From Sphaerochaetaceae bacterium (GTDB lineage: Bacteria; Spirochaetota; Spirochaetia; Sphaerochaetales; Sphaerochaetaceae), in assembly GCA_963678575.2 (NCBI GenBank), contig CAXXHV010000001.1, forward strand, positions 298,543 to 362,542: a stretch of DNA of 64,000 nt, written 5' to 3'. This document shows positions 21,224 to 30,122 of the stretch, one piece after another. Below the pieces are notes generated by a model that searched no databases, was not told where the DNA came from, and saw only the letters and a list, made by a program, of their open reading frames with translations. Positions within the stretch are counted from its first letter, which is position 1. Every line of letters starts with the position of its first letter. The translations under genes were made by a program, and so were the position numbers.

Positions 21224-22741
21224 TTAATTATTAAATAATTGTTTTGAAGCATATTTTGGAGAGCTTGTTACATTTATTCCAAGTTTTCTAAGACCAGCCT
21301 CATCTCCGTTAGATGGGATATGAGATAAATGAGCATCTGCCCCTCTAAGTTGACTTAAATGTTTCATCCCAGCTTCTGCTGATGGATTAGTTGCTGCAGA
21401 CACAGCTAAAGCAATTAATACTTCATCTACATCAAGACTAACTCTTTTATTTCCTAATAATTCTTGTTTCATATTTTTTATTGATTCAATAATAGTTTTT
21501 GGAATTAAATCAATATTATCTGGAATCCCTGCAATTGATTTTATTGCATTCAATATTAAAGCAGAGGCAGAGTGGAGTAATGGTGAATTTAAGCTTGTAA
21601 TAATTTGAGAAGAAGGGAGTTGTATGGCTGCAGAAGAAACAATTCCATTATAGCCTTTACCTTTTTCAATGCCTTCTTTTCTTTTTTCATCAGCAGCTGA
21701 AACAACAAGACGATCTGATTTTTTGATTTTATAATTTTCCATTAATAAAATTTCTTTATCAACAGCTTCTTGTGTGCCAAAACCCATTACATATTCGCAA
21801 GAGGTTCTATAGTATCTTCTTATTATTTCTTGTTTAGAAGCTTCTTGGCAAATTGAATCATCAATTATTCCTTGAGCAATTCTATTTACGCCCATATCAG
21901 TGGGAGATTTATAAAAAGATTCTTGTCCAATTATTTTTTCGATTATTCTTTTTAATAATGGAAATGCATCTAAATCCCTATTGTAGTTTATTGCAGTTTT
22001 CCCATAGGCTTCAAGATGAAAATGATCTACTCTGTTTATATCTCCTAGATCAGCTGTAGCAGCTTCGTAGGCTGCATTTGTTAAATGATTAAGAGGTAAA
22101 TCCCAAATAGGGAATGTTTCAAACTTTGCATAGCCTGATTCAAGACCTTTTTTATAATCATGATATAACTGAGATAAACAAGTTGCAAGTTTTCCACTTC
22201 CTGGTCCAGGACCTGTAACTATTACAATTTCTCTTTCAGTTTCAATATAAGAATTTGCACCATAGCCATCTTTGCTTACAATTAAATCAATATCAGTTGG
22301 ATATCCTTTTGTTTTTTTATGAGTGTAAACAGATATTCCTCTTCTTTCTAATAATTGTTTAAATTGTGTAGCTGAGGGTTGTTCTTCATAGCGGGTAATT
22401 ACTACAGCTTTTACTCTTAAACCATATTCACTAAAGTCATCAATCATTTTTAGAGTATCAACATCATAAGTAATTCCAAAATCACCACGGATTTTTTTTC
22501 TTTCGATGTCTCCAGCATAAATACAAATAATTACATCTATTTTATCTTTTAACTTTTTGAAAACCTCAATTTTTACATTGGGGTCAAAACCAGGAAGAAC
22601 TCTTGACGCATGGTAATCGTAAAGTAGTTTTCCACCACATTCTAAATAGAGTTTCCCATGAAACTTTTCCATTCTATCTAAAATAGCTTGAGTTTGCTTT
22701 TCTAAATAGCGTTGATTATCAAAACCTTTTTTTATCATCAT
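21224..22741 (-). CDS. DUF1846 / UPF0371 family protein (unknown function)
   Basis: About 500 aa. The N-terminus (GFDNQRYLEKQTQAILDR...KLYLECGGKL.YD.HASRVLPG) and the internal GPGPGSGKLATCLSQLYHD are characteristic of the family. Confidence 0.7.
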   Translation of the reverse strand: MMIKKGFDNQRYLEKQTQAILDRMEKFHGKLYLECGGKLLYDYHASRVLPGFDPNVKIEVFKKLKDKIDVIICIYAGDIERKKIRGDFGITYDVDTLKMIDDFSEYGLRVKAVVITRYEEQPSATQFKQLLERRGISVYTHKKTKGYPTDIDLIVSKDGYGANSYIETEREIVIVTGPGPGSGKLATCLSQLYHDYKKGLESGYAKFETFPIWDLPLNHLTNAAYEAATADLGDINRVDHFHLEAYGKTAINYNRDLDAFPLLKRIIEKIIGQESFYKSPTDMGVNRIAQGIIDDSICQEASKQEIIRRYYRTSCEYVMGFGTQEAVDKEILLMENYKIKKSDRLVVSAADEKRKEGIEKGKGYNGIVSSAAIQLPSSQIITSLNSPLLHSASALILNAIKSIAGIPDNIDLIPKTIIESIKNMKQELLGNKRVSLDVDEVLIALAVSAATNPSAEAGMKHLSQLRGADAHLSHIPSNGDEAGLRKLGINVTSSPKYASKQLFNN

Positions 22742-22955
22742 GGGTCTTCATTTTAAAAAAAATAAAGTTGTTTGTAAATAATTAATTATATTTATTTAAA
22801 ATATTTGTAAAAAAGAAGATAAAAGGGCAAAATAAAGGCAACCCACTTGCTACCCAGATGGTGCTAAACGAGTTGCCAAAACTTCGATGTATAGGAACTG
22901 CTGATCTAGTAGTTACTTTTGTATACTTACTAGTCCTATTTATTCATCATTATTA

Positions 22956-23028
22956 TAGCGAGGACAGGACTCGAACCTGTGACCTACGGGTTATGAGCCC
23001 GTCGAGATACCGGCTTCTCCACCTCGCG
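22956..23028 (-). tRNA. tRNA-Met (CAT), initiator-like
   Basis: The reverse complement folds as a cloverleaf: CGCGAGG/TG/GAGA-AGCCGGTA-TCTC/G/ACGGG-CTCATAA-CCCGT/AGGTC/ACAGG-TTCGAGT-CCTGT/CCTCGCT/A. Three G:C pairs close the anticodon loop and position 1:72 is mismatched, both initiator hallmarks. No encoded CCA. Confidence 0.85.
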
Positions 23029-23430
23029 CCGATTTACTATAGTGAAACTACAGTTTTTTAAAATAAATGTCAAGCATTATTTTAAAAAAGTTTTAAATGA
23101 TATTTTTAAATACTAAAAAAATGCCTTAAAAAAATAGTAAAACCTAAATATTATTAAGAAATATTAGGCTTAAGATTAATAATTTGTTTCTTTTTTACCA
23201 AGTACAAGTTTTTAAAATTTTTTTTTGAGGCAAAAGAACCCTTAAAATATGTAAATAATAGTATAGTGTGTTAAAATGACCCAATTTTTCTTAAGTAATT
23301 ATAGAAATGACTAGTTATTAAATATTTTCAAAAATAAAAAGCTTTAATTATTAAAAAAAGATAATAAATTAATTGGATTAATTAATTTATTTGCTATTTT
23401 TTTTCATAATATATAATTTCGATGTAGTTT

Positions 23431-23447
23431 TGGCATGATATTTGCAT
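23431..23447 (+). promoter_or_regulatory. Sigma-54 (RpoN) -24/-12 promoter of hsp20-1
   Basis: TGGCATgatatTTGCAT is an exact fit to TGGCAC-N5-TTGCW, about 40 nt upstream of ATG 23487. Confidence 0.75.
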
Positions 23448-23486
23448 CATAAATTATATAAAAAGAAATAATATTTTTGGAGGCTC

Positions 23487-23888
23487 ATGATGAGATTTTA
23501 TGTAAATGATAATAATGCTTTATTAAATGGTGCTTGGACAAATTGGTCTAATTTACAAAGTAAATATCCACCATTAGATATAATTGAAAATAAAGATAGC
23601 TATAGTGTTGAAATTGAATTGCCGGGTTTTAAACTAGAAGATATAAAAATTAAATTAGAAAAACATGTGTTAAGAGTTTCAAGTGATTATGAAAAATGTA
23701 ATACAGATGGAAAAAGATATATTATTAGAGAAAGAGTATGTAAAGAATTTGAGAGAACATTGTCTATAGGTTCTGATATTGATGAAGATAATGTAAAAGC
23801 AACATTTAAAGATGGTATTTTGACAATTTTACTACCAAAGAAAGAAGAAATTGTCCCTAAAGAGATTAATGTAGCTATAAATAGCTAA
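23487..23888 (+). CDS. Hsp20 / alpha-crystallin small heat-shock protein
   Basis: ACD pattern (PPLDIIENKDSYSVEIELPGFKLEDIKIKLEKHVLRV...ATFKDGILTILLPKK). GGAGG RBS; ATG 23490 is the alternative start. Confidence 0.9.
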   Translation: MMRFYVNDNNALLNGAWTNWSNLQSKYPPLDIIENKDSYSVEIELPGFKLEDIKIKLEKHVLRVSSDYEKCNTDGKRYIIRERVCKEFERTLSIGSDIDEDNVKATFKDGILTILLPKKEEIVPKEINVAINS

Positions 23889-23918
23889 TTAAGATTATAA
23901 ATATAAAAACTCCCCCTT

Positions 23919-23947
23919 AGAGCTGGTAAATGCCAGCTCTTTTTTTA
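23919..23947 (+). terminator. Intrinsic terminator of hsp20-1
   Basis: AGAGCTGG-taaatg-CCAGCTCT followed by T6. Confidence 0.85.
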
Positions 23948-24185
23948 TATATATTGGTTTATTTTTTTTTAACTTTGAATTGGTCTAAAAGCAACAATTT
24001 ATAACTTATAAAAATTTAATTGTGTCAATATGATACAAAAATATAATGAAGTTTGTATCCATTATGCTAATTGACCCATTTTTCATAGGTGTGGAATGAG
24101 AAAATAATTAATAAATATTGTTTTATGAATTTTAATTCCTTTTGTTATAAGTAATTATATAAAAAATAAGATTATACTTAAAACT

Positions 24186-24202
24186 TGGCATATAAATTGC
24201 AT
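24186..24202 (+). promoter_or_regulatory. Sigma-54 (RpoN) -24/-12 promoter of hsp20-2
   Basis: TGGCATataaaTTGCAT is an exact fit to TGGCAC-N5-TTGCW, about 67 nt upstream of ATG 24269. Confidence 0.75.
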
Positions 24203-24268
24203 TACTATTAATGTAAGAAAAACTTACAGGAAAAATAAAAATAATAAGTTCATAGGAGGACTAATAAT

Positions 24269-24673
24269 ATGTATAACAATTTTAATTCTTTATTCGATGA
24301 TTTTTTTGACGCTTTCAATTCTGTATCTGTAAAAATTCCACCAGTAGATGTTTATGAAATGGATGATGGTTATTACATTGATGTTGAATTACCAGGATAT
24401 AAAAATGACGATGTTAATGTTAAAATTGAAAATAATACTTTAACTTTGTCAACATCCGAAGAATTCAATAAAGAAGTAGAGAAGGGAAAGGAAGTAACTA
24501 ATTATTTAGTAAGAGAAACAAAAACAAAAAGAATATTTAAGAGAGCTTTCTCCTTACCAAAAGATGTAGATGAAGAAGGAATTATTGCTACTTTTAATAA
24601 TGGTTTATTAAATATTAAGTTACCAAAATCAAAGAAGTTAGCACCTAAAACAATAGAAATCATTGCACAATAG
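24269..24673 (+). CDS. Hsp20 / alpha-crystallin small heat-shock protein (paralogue)
   Basis: PPVDVYEMDDGYYIDVELPGYKNDDVNVKIENNTLTL...ATFNNGLLNIKLPK. AGGAGG RBS. Confidence 0.9.
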   Translation: MYNNFNSLFDDFFDAFNSVSVKIPPVDVYEMDDGYYIDVELPGYKNDDVNVKIENNTLTLSTSEEFNKEVEKGKEVTNYLVRETKTKRIFKRAFSLPKDVDEEGIIATFNNGLLNIKLPKSKKLAPKTIEIIAQ

Positions 24674-24693
24674 TGATTGAAAATATGTGATTC

Positions 24694-24733
24694 TTGGCTA
24701 GCAGTTTGTCCAATTGCTAGCCAAATTTTTTTT
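24694..24733. terminator. Bidirectional intrinsic terminator
   Basis: TTGGCTAGCA-(11 nt)-TGCTAGCCAA perfect 10-bp stem followed by T8. It sits between hsp20-2 and the convergent cupin gene. Confidence 0.85.
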
Positions 24734-25079
24734 AGTCATTTAATAAGATTAAAGCGATAAACACCAAATCTTCTTCCCTGTTGTTGATAATAGAATGAGA
24801 TTCTTGATCTCCTGTTACTACAACATCCCCAGGTTTAACAAATTTTTCACCATCTGCTTCTGTTACAATGCCTTCCCCTGATAAAATGTAATAATATTCA
24901 GTTTCTTGGATATGGGTGTGTTTGCCGATTGAACATCCCTGTTTTAAAGTTATTGTTGAAAATAAACGGCTATGGCTAAGTTTATTACTATCAATTATAT
25001 TTTTAATGATAGCCTCACCTTTACCTTCTCTCATTTTGATTTTTACGTCAATATTTTGATTTTCATTTTTAATTACCAT
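24732..25079 (-). CDS. Cupin domain protein
   Basis: 115 aa with the cupin motif G.SIGKHTH..ETEYYYILSGEG....DGE...V.PGD.V. Confidence 0.7.
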   Translation of the reverse strand: MVIKNENQNIDVKIKMREGKGEAIIKNIIDSNKLSHSRLFSTITLKQGCSIGKHTHIQETEYYYILSGEGIVTEADGEKFVKPGDVVVTGDQESHSIINNREEDLVFIALILLND

Positions 25080-25217
25080 TTGTTTCCTCCATAATAATAA
25101 ATTATCATAAAATCAATATAATATTCTAGTATCCATAAAAAAAAGGAAAATTCGATAATTAAGTATTTAATAATTACATTTTTACGTGTATTATATTTTT
25201 CAAACAGGAGTAAAGAT

Positions 25218-26066
25218 ATGAATGAAATACTTTATAAGGAAAAGCTTTCATCTGAAGTTTTTAAAATGATTGTTCGTGCTCCACGTATTGCTGAAGCACG
25301 TAAACCAGGACAATTCATTATTCTACAACTAGGTGGAGACTATAATGAAAGACTTCCTCTTACAATTGCTGATGCTGATTCGGAGAAGGGAACGATTACT
25401 TTAATTTTCCAAGCCGTTGGGGAATCAACTCATCATTTAGCTATGTTAAATGAAGGGGATTATATTGAAAATTTATTAGGACCTTTGGGTACACCTACAG
25501 AACTTGGTAAATATGGAAAAGTTGTTTGTGTTGGTGGCGGAATTGGAGTAGCTCCTATGCATCCAATTGCTAAAGCTCTTAAAGAATTAGGAAATGAAGT
25601 TAAGATTATTATGGGTGCAAGAACAAAAGACCTTTTTGTCATGAGAGATGAAATGGATAAAATTGCTGACGAATTAATTTTAACGACTGATGATGGATCA
25701 GAGGGTAGAAAAGCTCTTGTTACTGAACCATTAAAAGAACTTTGTGAAAATTGGAAACCTGATTTAGTTGTTGCAATTGGACCTCCAATTATGATGAAGT
25801 TTTGTGCTTTGACAACAAAACCATATAATGTTCATACAGTTGTATCCTTAAATACGATAATGATTGATGGTACTGGTATGTGTGGTGGTTGTAGAGTAAG
25901 TATTGGTGGTGAGACTAAGTTTGTTTGTGTTGATGGTCCTGAATTTGATGGTCATAAAGTTGATTGGGATAATATGTTAATGAGACTTGGCACTTATAAA
26001 CCACAAGAGAAAGAAAATCATCATAGATGTCACATTGGATTACATATTGAAGAAGGGGAAGCTTAA
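25218..26066 (+). CDS. NfnA-like FAD/NAD-binding [2Fe-2S] subunit (sulfide dehydrogenase / ferredoxin-NADP reductase small-subunit family)
   Basis: FNR-like fold (RKPGQFIILQ, GGGIGVAPM) and C-terminal Cys cluster CGGCRV....FVCVDGP. Translationally abutted to the GltD-like subunit. Confidence 0.75.
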   Translation: MNEILYKEKLSSEVFKMIVRAPRIAEARKPGQFIILQLGGDYNERLPLTIADADSEKGTITLIFQAVGESTHHLAMLNEGDYIENLLGPLGTPTELGKYGKVVCVGGGIGVAPMHPIAKALKELGNEVKIIMGARTKDLFVMRDEMDKIADELILTTDDGSEGRKALVTEPLKELCENWKPDLVVAIGPPIMMKFCALTTKPYNVHTVVSLNTIMIDGTGMCGGCRVSIGGETKFVCVDGPEFDGHKVDWDNMLMRLGTYKPQEKENHHRCHIGLHIEEGEA

Positions 26067-27550
26067 TGCACACTACTATTGAACAATATGATATGCAAGC
26101 AAAAGAATTGTTGGAAAAGTTTGCAAATAAAGATATTTCAATTAAAGAAAGAGCCTCTATACCATTACAAGAAATGCCAGCTCAAGATCCAAAAATTAGA
26201 ATTACAAATATGAATGAAGTTGCTTTAGGTTATAGTGAAAATCAAGTAAAAGTTGAAGCTATGAGATGTTTGCAATGTAAAAATAAACCATGTATACAAG
26301 GTTGTCCTGTTGGTATTGATATTCCTTCTTTTATTATGGAAGCTTCAAAAGGAAACTTTGCTAAGGCAAATGAAATAATAAAAGAAAGTTCTTTATTACC
26401 TTCTATTTGTGGCAGAGTTTGCCCACAAGAAAATCAATGTCAAATGTATTGTACTGTTGGTAAAATGAAGAAAGATATTGGACAAAGTGTTGCTATTGGT
26501 AGAATAGAAAGATTTGTTGCTGATTATTCTAGAGAGAATAAACTTGATGTTGTTCCTTCAGTAAAATCACAAACTTCAAAAAAAGTTGCAATAGTTGGTA
26601 CTGGTCCTGCATCAGTTGCAGCAGCAGCTGATATAAGAAGAGAAGGTCATACCGTAGTAATGTTTGAAGCTCTTCATAAAGCTGGTGGTGTTTTAGTTTA
26701 TGGAATTCCTGAATTCAGATTGCCAAAAAAATTAGTTGAAAAAGAATTAGATGGCTTGGTTGATATGGGGATTGAAATAAATAAAAACTTTTTAGTTGGA
26801 AAAACTCGTACTTTAGCTGATTTAAGAGAAAAAGATGGTTTTGATGCAGTATTTATTGGAGCCGGTGCAGGGCTTCCTAAATTTTTGGGTATCCCGGGTG
26901 AAAACTTAATTGGTGTTTTTAGTGCAAATGAATATTTAACTCGTAGCAATTTAATGAAAGCGTATGATCAAAAAAATAGTTTAACACCTTTATTTAGAAG
27001 TGAAAAAGTTGCTATTTTTGGTGGTGGTAATGTTGCGATGGATGCTGCTAGAACTGCAAAAAGATTGGGTGCTGAAAATGTTACAATAGTATATAGAAGA
27101 AGTGAAGAAGAATTACCAGCTCGTAAAGAAGAAGTTGAACATGCAAAAGAAGAAGGTATTAATTTTATGCTTCTTCATCAACCACATGAAATTGTTGGTA
27201 ATGAAAAAGGTTTTGTAACTGGAGTAAAAGTTGTTACTTGTGAATTAGGTGCTCCTGATGCTTCAGGTAGAAGACGTCCTGTTGAAATTGAAGGTACTGA
27301 TAGAATTGTTGAGTTTGATACAGTTGTAGTTTCAATTGGTAATGCTTCAAATCCACTATTGAAACAAACCACTGATGGTTTAGATGTAAATAAACGTGGT
27401 AATATTATTGTTAATGAAGAAACTTGTGAAACTTCAATAGATGGTGTTTTTGCTGGAGGAGATATTGTTCTTGGCGCTGCTACTGTAATTTTAGCGATGG
27501 GACAAGGAAGAAAAGCAGCTAAAGCAATAAACGATTATTTAAAAAAATAA
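26066..27550 (+). CDS. NfnB-like / glutamate synthase small-subunit-like NADPH oxidoreductase
   Basis: Two [4Fe-4S] Cys motifs (CLQCKNKPCIQGCPV; CGRVCPQENQCQMYC) and dinucleotide folds VAIVGTGPAS and VAIFGGGNVAMD. Confidence 0.8.
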   Translation: MHTTIEQYDMQAKELLEKFANKDISIKERASIPLQEMPAQDPKIRITNMNEVALGYSENQVKVEAMRCLQCKNKPCIQGCPVGIDIPSFIMEASKGNFAKANEIIKESSLLPSICGRVCPQENQCQMYCTVGKMKKDIGQSVAIGRIERFVADYSRENKLDVVPSVKSQTSKKVAIVGTGPASVAAAADIRREGHTVVMFEALHKAGGVLVYGIPEFRLPKKLVEKELDGLVDMGIEINKNFLVGKTRTLADLREKDGFDAVFIGAGAGLPKFLGIPGENLIGVFSANEYLTRSNLMKAYDQKNSLTPLFRSEKVAIFGGGNVAMDAARTAKRLGAENVTIVYRRSEEELPARKEEVEHAKEEGINFMLLHQPHEIVGNEKGFVTGVKVVTCELGAPDASGRRRPVEIEGTDRIVEFDTVVVSIGNASNPLLKQTTDGLDVNKRGNIIVNEETCETSIDGVFAGGDIVLGAATVILAMGQGRKAAKAINDYLKK

Positions 27551-27580
27551 ATAATGATATTATGTTTACAAGTATATTAT

Positions 27581-27606
27581 AAGGGCCTTTTAATTGGCCC
27601 TTTTTA
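27581..27606 (+). terminator. Intrinsic terminator after the nfnAB-like operon
   Basis: AAGGGCC-ttttaatt-GGCCCTT followed by T-run. Confidence 0.8.
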
Positions 27607-27651
27607 TATTTTTACTTGCAATATATCATTACTATAGCTATAGTATAGGTT

Positions 27652-28140
27652 ATGAATATGGATTCTTTATATGGATATTCTGTTTGCCCAGTGTGTGAAA
27701 CAGATAAATTTGCTGCTATTGATGAAGTTATTAATGGTTGCTCAATTTTTGATGATTTAAAAGAAAATAAAGAGCGATTTAGAAGAGCAGTTCATCGTAG
27801 AGAGATAATTGAGACAACTGGTATAGGTCATGGGGTAGCTATTGCACATGGTAAGTTGCCTTGTATTGACCATCTTCGTATAGGCTTAGGAATTAATCCA
27901 AAAGGAATAAATTATAAATCAAAAGATGGAAAACCTGTTAATATATTATTTGTTATTGCCTCTACACCTTTTCATCAAATAAATTATTTAAAAGCTTTAG
28001 CTGTTATTTTAAGAGGCGTTAGGAATTCAGATATAAAAAAAGAAGTTTTAAGTATATTTGATCCAGATTTTGAGGCAAAATATAGTAAGGATTTTCTAGA
28101 AGAATTGGTTAAACAAGATTTTGGTTGTTTAAATATATAG
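27652..28140 (+). CDS. PTS EIIA type-2 (PtsN / fructose-mannitol family)-like domain protein
   Basis: RREIIETTGIGHGVAIAHGKL resembles the EIIA-2 phosphorylation-site region (RE...T.iG.GiAiPH). Size about 160 aa. No other PTS genes nearby. Confidence 0.6.
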   Translation: MNMDSLYGYSVCPVCETDKFAAIDEVINGCSIFDDLKENKERFRRAVHRREIIETTGIGHGVAIAHGKLPCIDHLRIGLGINPKGINYKSKDGKPVNILFVIASTPFHQINYLKALAVILRGVRNSDIKKEVLSIFDPDFEAKYSKDFLEELVKQDFGCLNI

Positions 28141-28269
28141 CTTTTGTCATATCTATCAATAAAAATATTGTTTTTTTGCTAATTTATTGCTGTTAATCTT
28201 GCCTTTAATATTGTTGTTTGTTATTATTACTTATACTAATGACATAAATAAAAAGAAATGGAGGTAAAT

Positions 28270-28875
28270 ATGAAAAAAATACTAATACTTTTAGCTACTT
28301 TATTTATTAGTGTGTTAAGTGTATTTGCCAATAATGATCCAAATATATTAATAAATGGTTATTTAGGAAGTAACATTCCTCCAGCAATAATATTAGAAGT
28401 TAATTCTACAGTTATAGAAGAAAATGGTAGTGTTGTATCTATAGTAGATAATTATAATTTTACAACAAATAGATCTTCAATCTCAATGCCTGTTTATGTT
28501 TACATAGGTTATCCTGCATATTCAAATACCTCAAATGTTATTTTTAATTTAGAAATTTCTACAGAAGGTTTTAAAATAAAAAATACTTTTGGTGTGTTAG
28601 TTGGTTCTCCTTTAGATGTAGATATTCAATTACATACTGAAACATTAAATTCTGCAACTAGTAAAATTTTAGTTGGTGCTTCTGCATTGGATTCATATAC
28701 AAAGAATATATTTTTGAATTCATCTTCTACCCCAGCACCATACTCCTATTCTGTTCAACCTGGTGCTGATATAAATGATGCTAATTTTAATATTTATTTT
28801 ACTTGGGGAGAAAAGTTAAATACCCCTGCAGGTGAATATGGGGCTCTTATTAATTTTGCAATTACGGCAAGTTAG
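28270..28875 (+). CDS. Secreted hypothetical protein, beta-rich (pilin/DUF4402-like C-terminus)
   Basis: GGAGG RBS and signal peptide MKKILILLATLFISVLSVFA. C-terminal PAGEYGALINFAITAS resembles the terminal strand of fimbrial-type subunits. Start trimmed from 28258. Confidence 0.5.
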   Translation: MKKILILLATLFISVLSVFANNDPNILINGYLGSNIPPAIILEVNSTVIEENGSVVSIVDNYNFTTNRSSISMPVYVYIGYPAYSNTSNVIFNLEISTEGFKIKNTFGVLVGSPLDVDIQLHTETLNSATSKILVGASALDSYTKNIFLNSSSTPAPYSYSVQPGADINDANFNIYFTWGEKLNTPAGEYGALINFAITAS

Positions 28876-29419
28876 AAGAGATGATTAAATCTAAAAAAAT
28901 ATCATTTTTAGTTGTTGGGACTTTATCAAAAAGTAGATAATCTCTACAAATGCCTATTTTTGATATAGATTTTTTATTTTCTAAAAATTTATCATAATAA
29001 CCTTTTCCATGACCAATTCGGGATCCATCTTTTCCTAAAGCTATTGAAGGAACAATAATTATAGTATTTTTTGAAAAAGATGATATTATTTCACCTGATT
29101 CAGGTTCTAGCAAATTAAACATTCCTCTAGTTAGGTTTTTTTTCCAATTTTGAGGTTCAATTTTAATAAAATTTATTTTGTCTTGATAAGTTTTTGGGAG
29201 CCCTACAATTTTATTGTTTTTTAATGCAATATCAATTAATTCATAAGTATTTACTTCATTTTGCAATGGTAAATATAATAAAATGCATTCGCAATTTATG
29301 AAGAGTTTATTATTAATTAATTTATTAATAATAATTTTATCTTCTTTTTCAAAGTCAATAATTGTTTTTGAATTATTTAATTTGTAGATATATTTTCTAA
29401 ATTCTTCTTTATTTAACAT
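28862..29419 (-). CDS. 5-formyltetrahydrofolate cyclo-ligase
   Basis: GHGKGYYDKFL motif and family size. The start overlaps the ecfT stop by 11 nt. Confidence 0.8.
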   Translation of the reverse strand: MLNKEEFRKYIYKLNNSKTIIDFEKEDKIIINKLINNKLFINCECILLYLPLQNEVNTYELIDIALKNNKIVGLPKTYQDKINFIKIEPQNWKKNLTRGMFNLLEPESGEIISSFSKNTIIIVPSIALGKDGSRIGHGKGYYDKFLENKKSISKIGICRDYLLFDKVPTTKNDIFLDLIISSNLP

Positions 29420-30122
29420 ATATACTTGCCCCGATTAATAATATTACTATAAATAAAAAAATAAAATCATAAAAACTATACTTTAAAGTTTCTCTTTCAA
29501 GATTTGGATCAAATCCTCTTGAATCTAGAGCATATGCAATTTCATCAATTTTATATAATAAGTTTTCTAATAGTCTGATGCTAAAGTTAATAATAAATTT
29601 AATTGGGTTACGAAATGTTGATTCTAATCTAGATATTCTAGCTTCTTGTATTGATTCTGAAACATCAAATATTAACGGAATGAACATTAGTGTTAACTCA
29701 ATTTGGCTTGATAATTTCCATCCGTTAATAAAAGGTATATGATTAATGGCATTTGCTAAGGATCTAGCAATATCGCTAGGATCACTCGAGTCTGCAAGTA
29801 GAAAACTCATTAGAATGGCGGTATCAAACTTCAAAACAGAATTAATTATTGAAAGATAAGATTTTTCACTAAAATATGAAGTTATAGCAATAAATAAAGA
29901 TATTATTATAAAAAAAATTAGCTCCTTTCCATATTTTACTATGGGGAGTTTTGTAATTATCATTAAAACAAGTACAACCAAAAGGATCATTAAAGTTCCA
30001 TAAATATTTGTTGCTACTAGCGTGGTACAAAGTCCCATAAGCGCGAGTAATTTTATAAAAGGATTTGTTCTATTTAAAAAAGTATTAGCTTCACGATAGT
30101 GAAAAATTAATGATTGAGCCAT
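29409..30122 (-). CDS. ecfT: ECF transporter transmembrane (T) component, EcfT/CbiQ family
   Basis: About 5-6 TM segments, conserved Arg-containing coupling-helix region (EARISRLES...ALDSRGF). Overlaps ecfA by 16 nt. Confidence 0.7.
   Translation of the reverse strand: MAQSLIFHYREANTFLNRTNPFIKLLALMGLCTTLVATNIYGTLMILLVVLVLMIITKLPIVKYGKELIFFIIISLFIAITSYFSEKSYLSIINSVLKFDTAILMSFLLADSSDPSDIARSLANAINHIPFINGWKLSSQIELTLMFIPLIFDVSESIQEARISRLESTFRNPIKFIINFSIRLLENLLYKIDEIAYALDSRGFDPNLERETLKYSFYDFIFLFIVILLIGASIYVK

Noticed and set aside
22858-23061. 67-aa ORF on the plus strand
   Set aside because: It overlaps tRNA-Met on the opposite strand, and it has no RBS or recognisable protein features.
23029-23100. 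TTGACA upstream of tRNA-Met as its promoter
   Set aside because: A 17-nt spacing gives the poor -10 TAGTTT. The better -10 (TATAGT, about 7 nt from the tRNA 5' end) is 26 nt away and has no matching -35. The promoter could not be assigned confidently.
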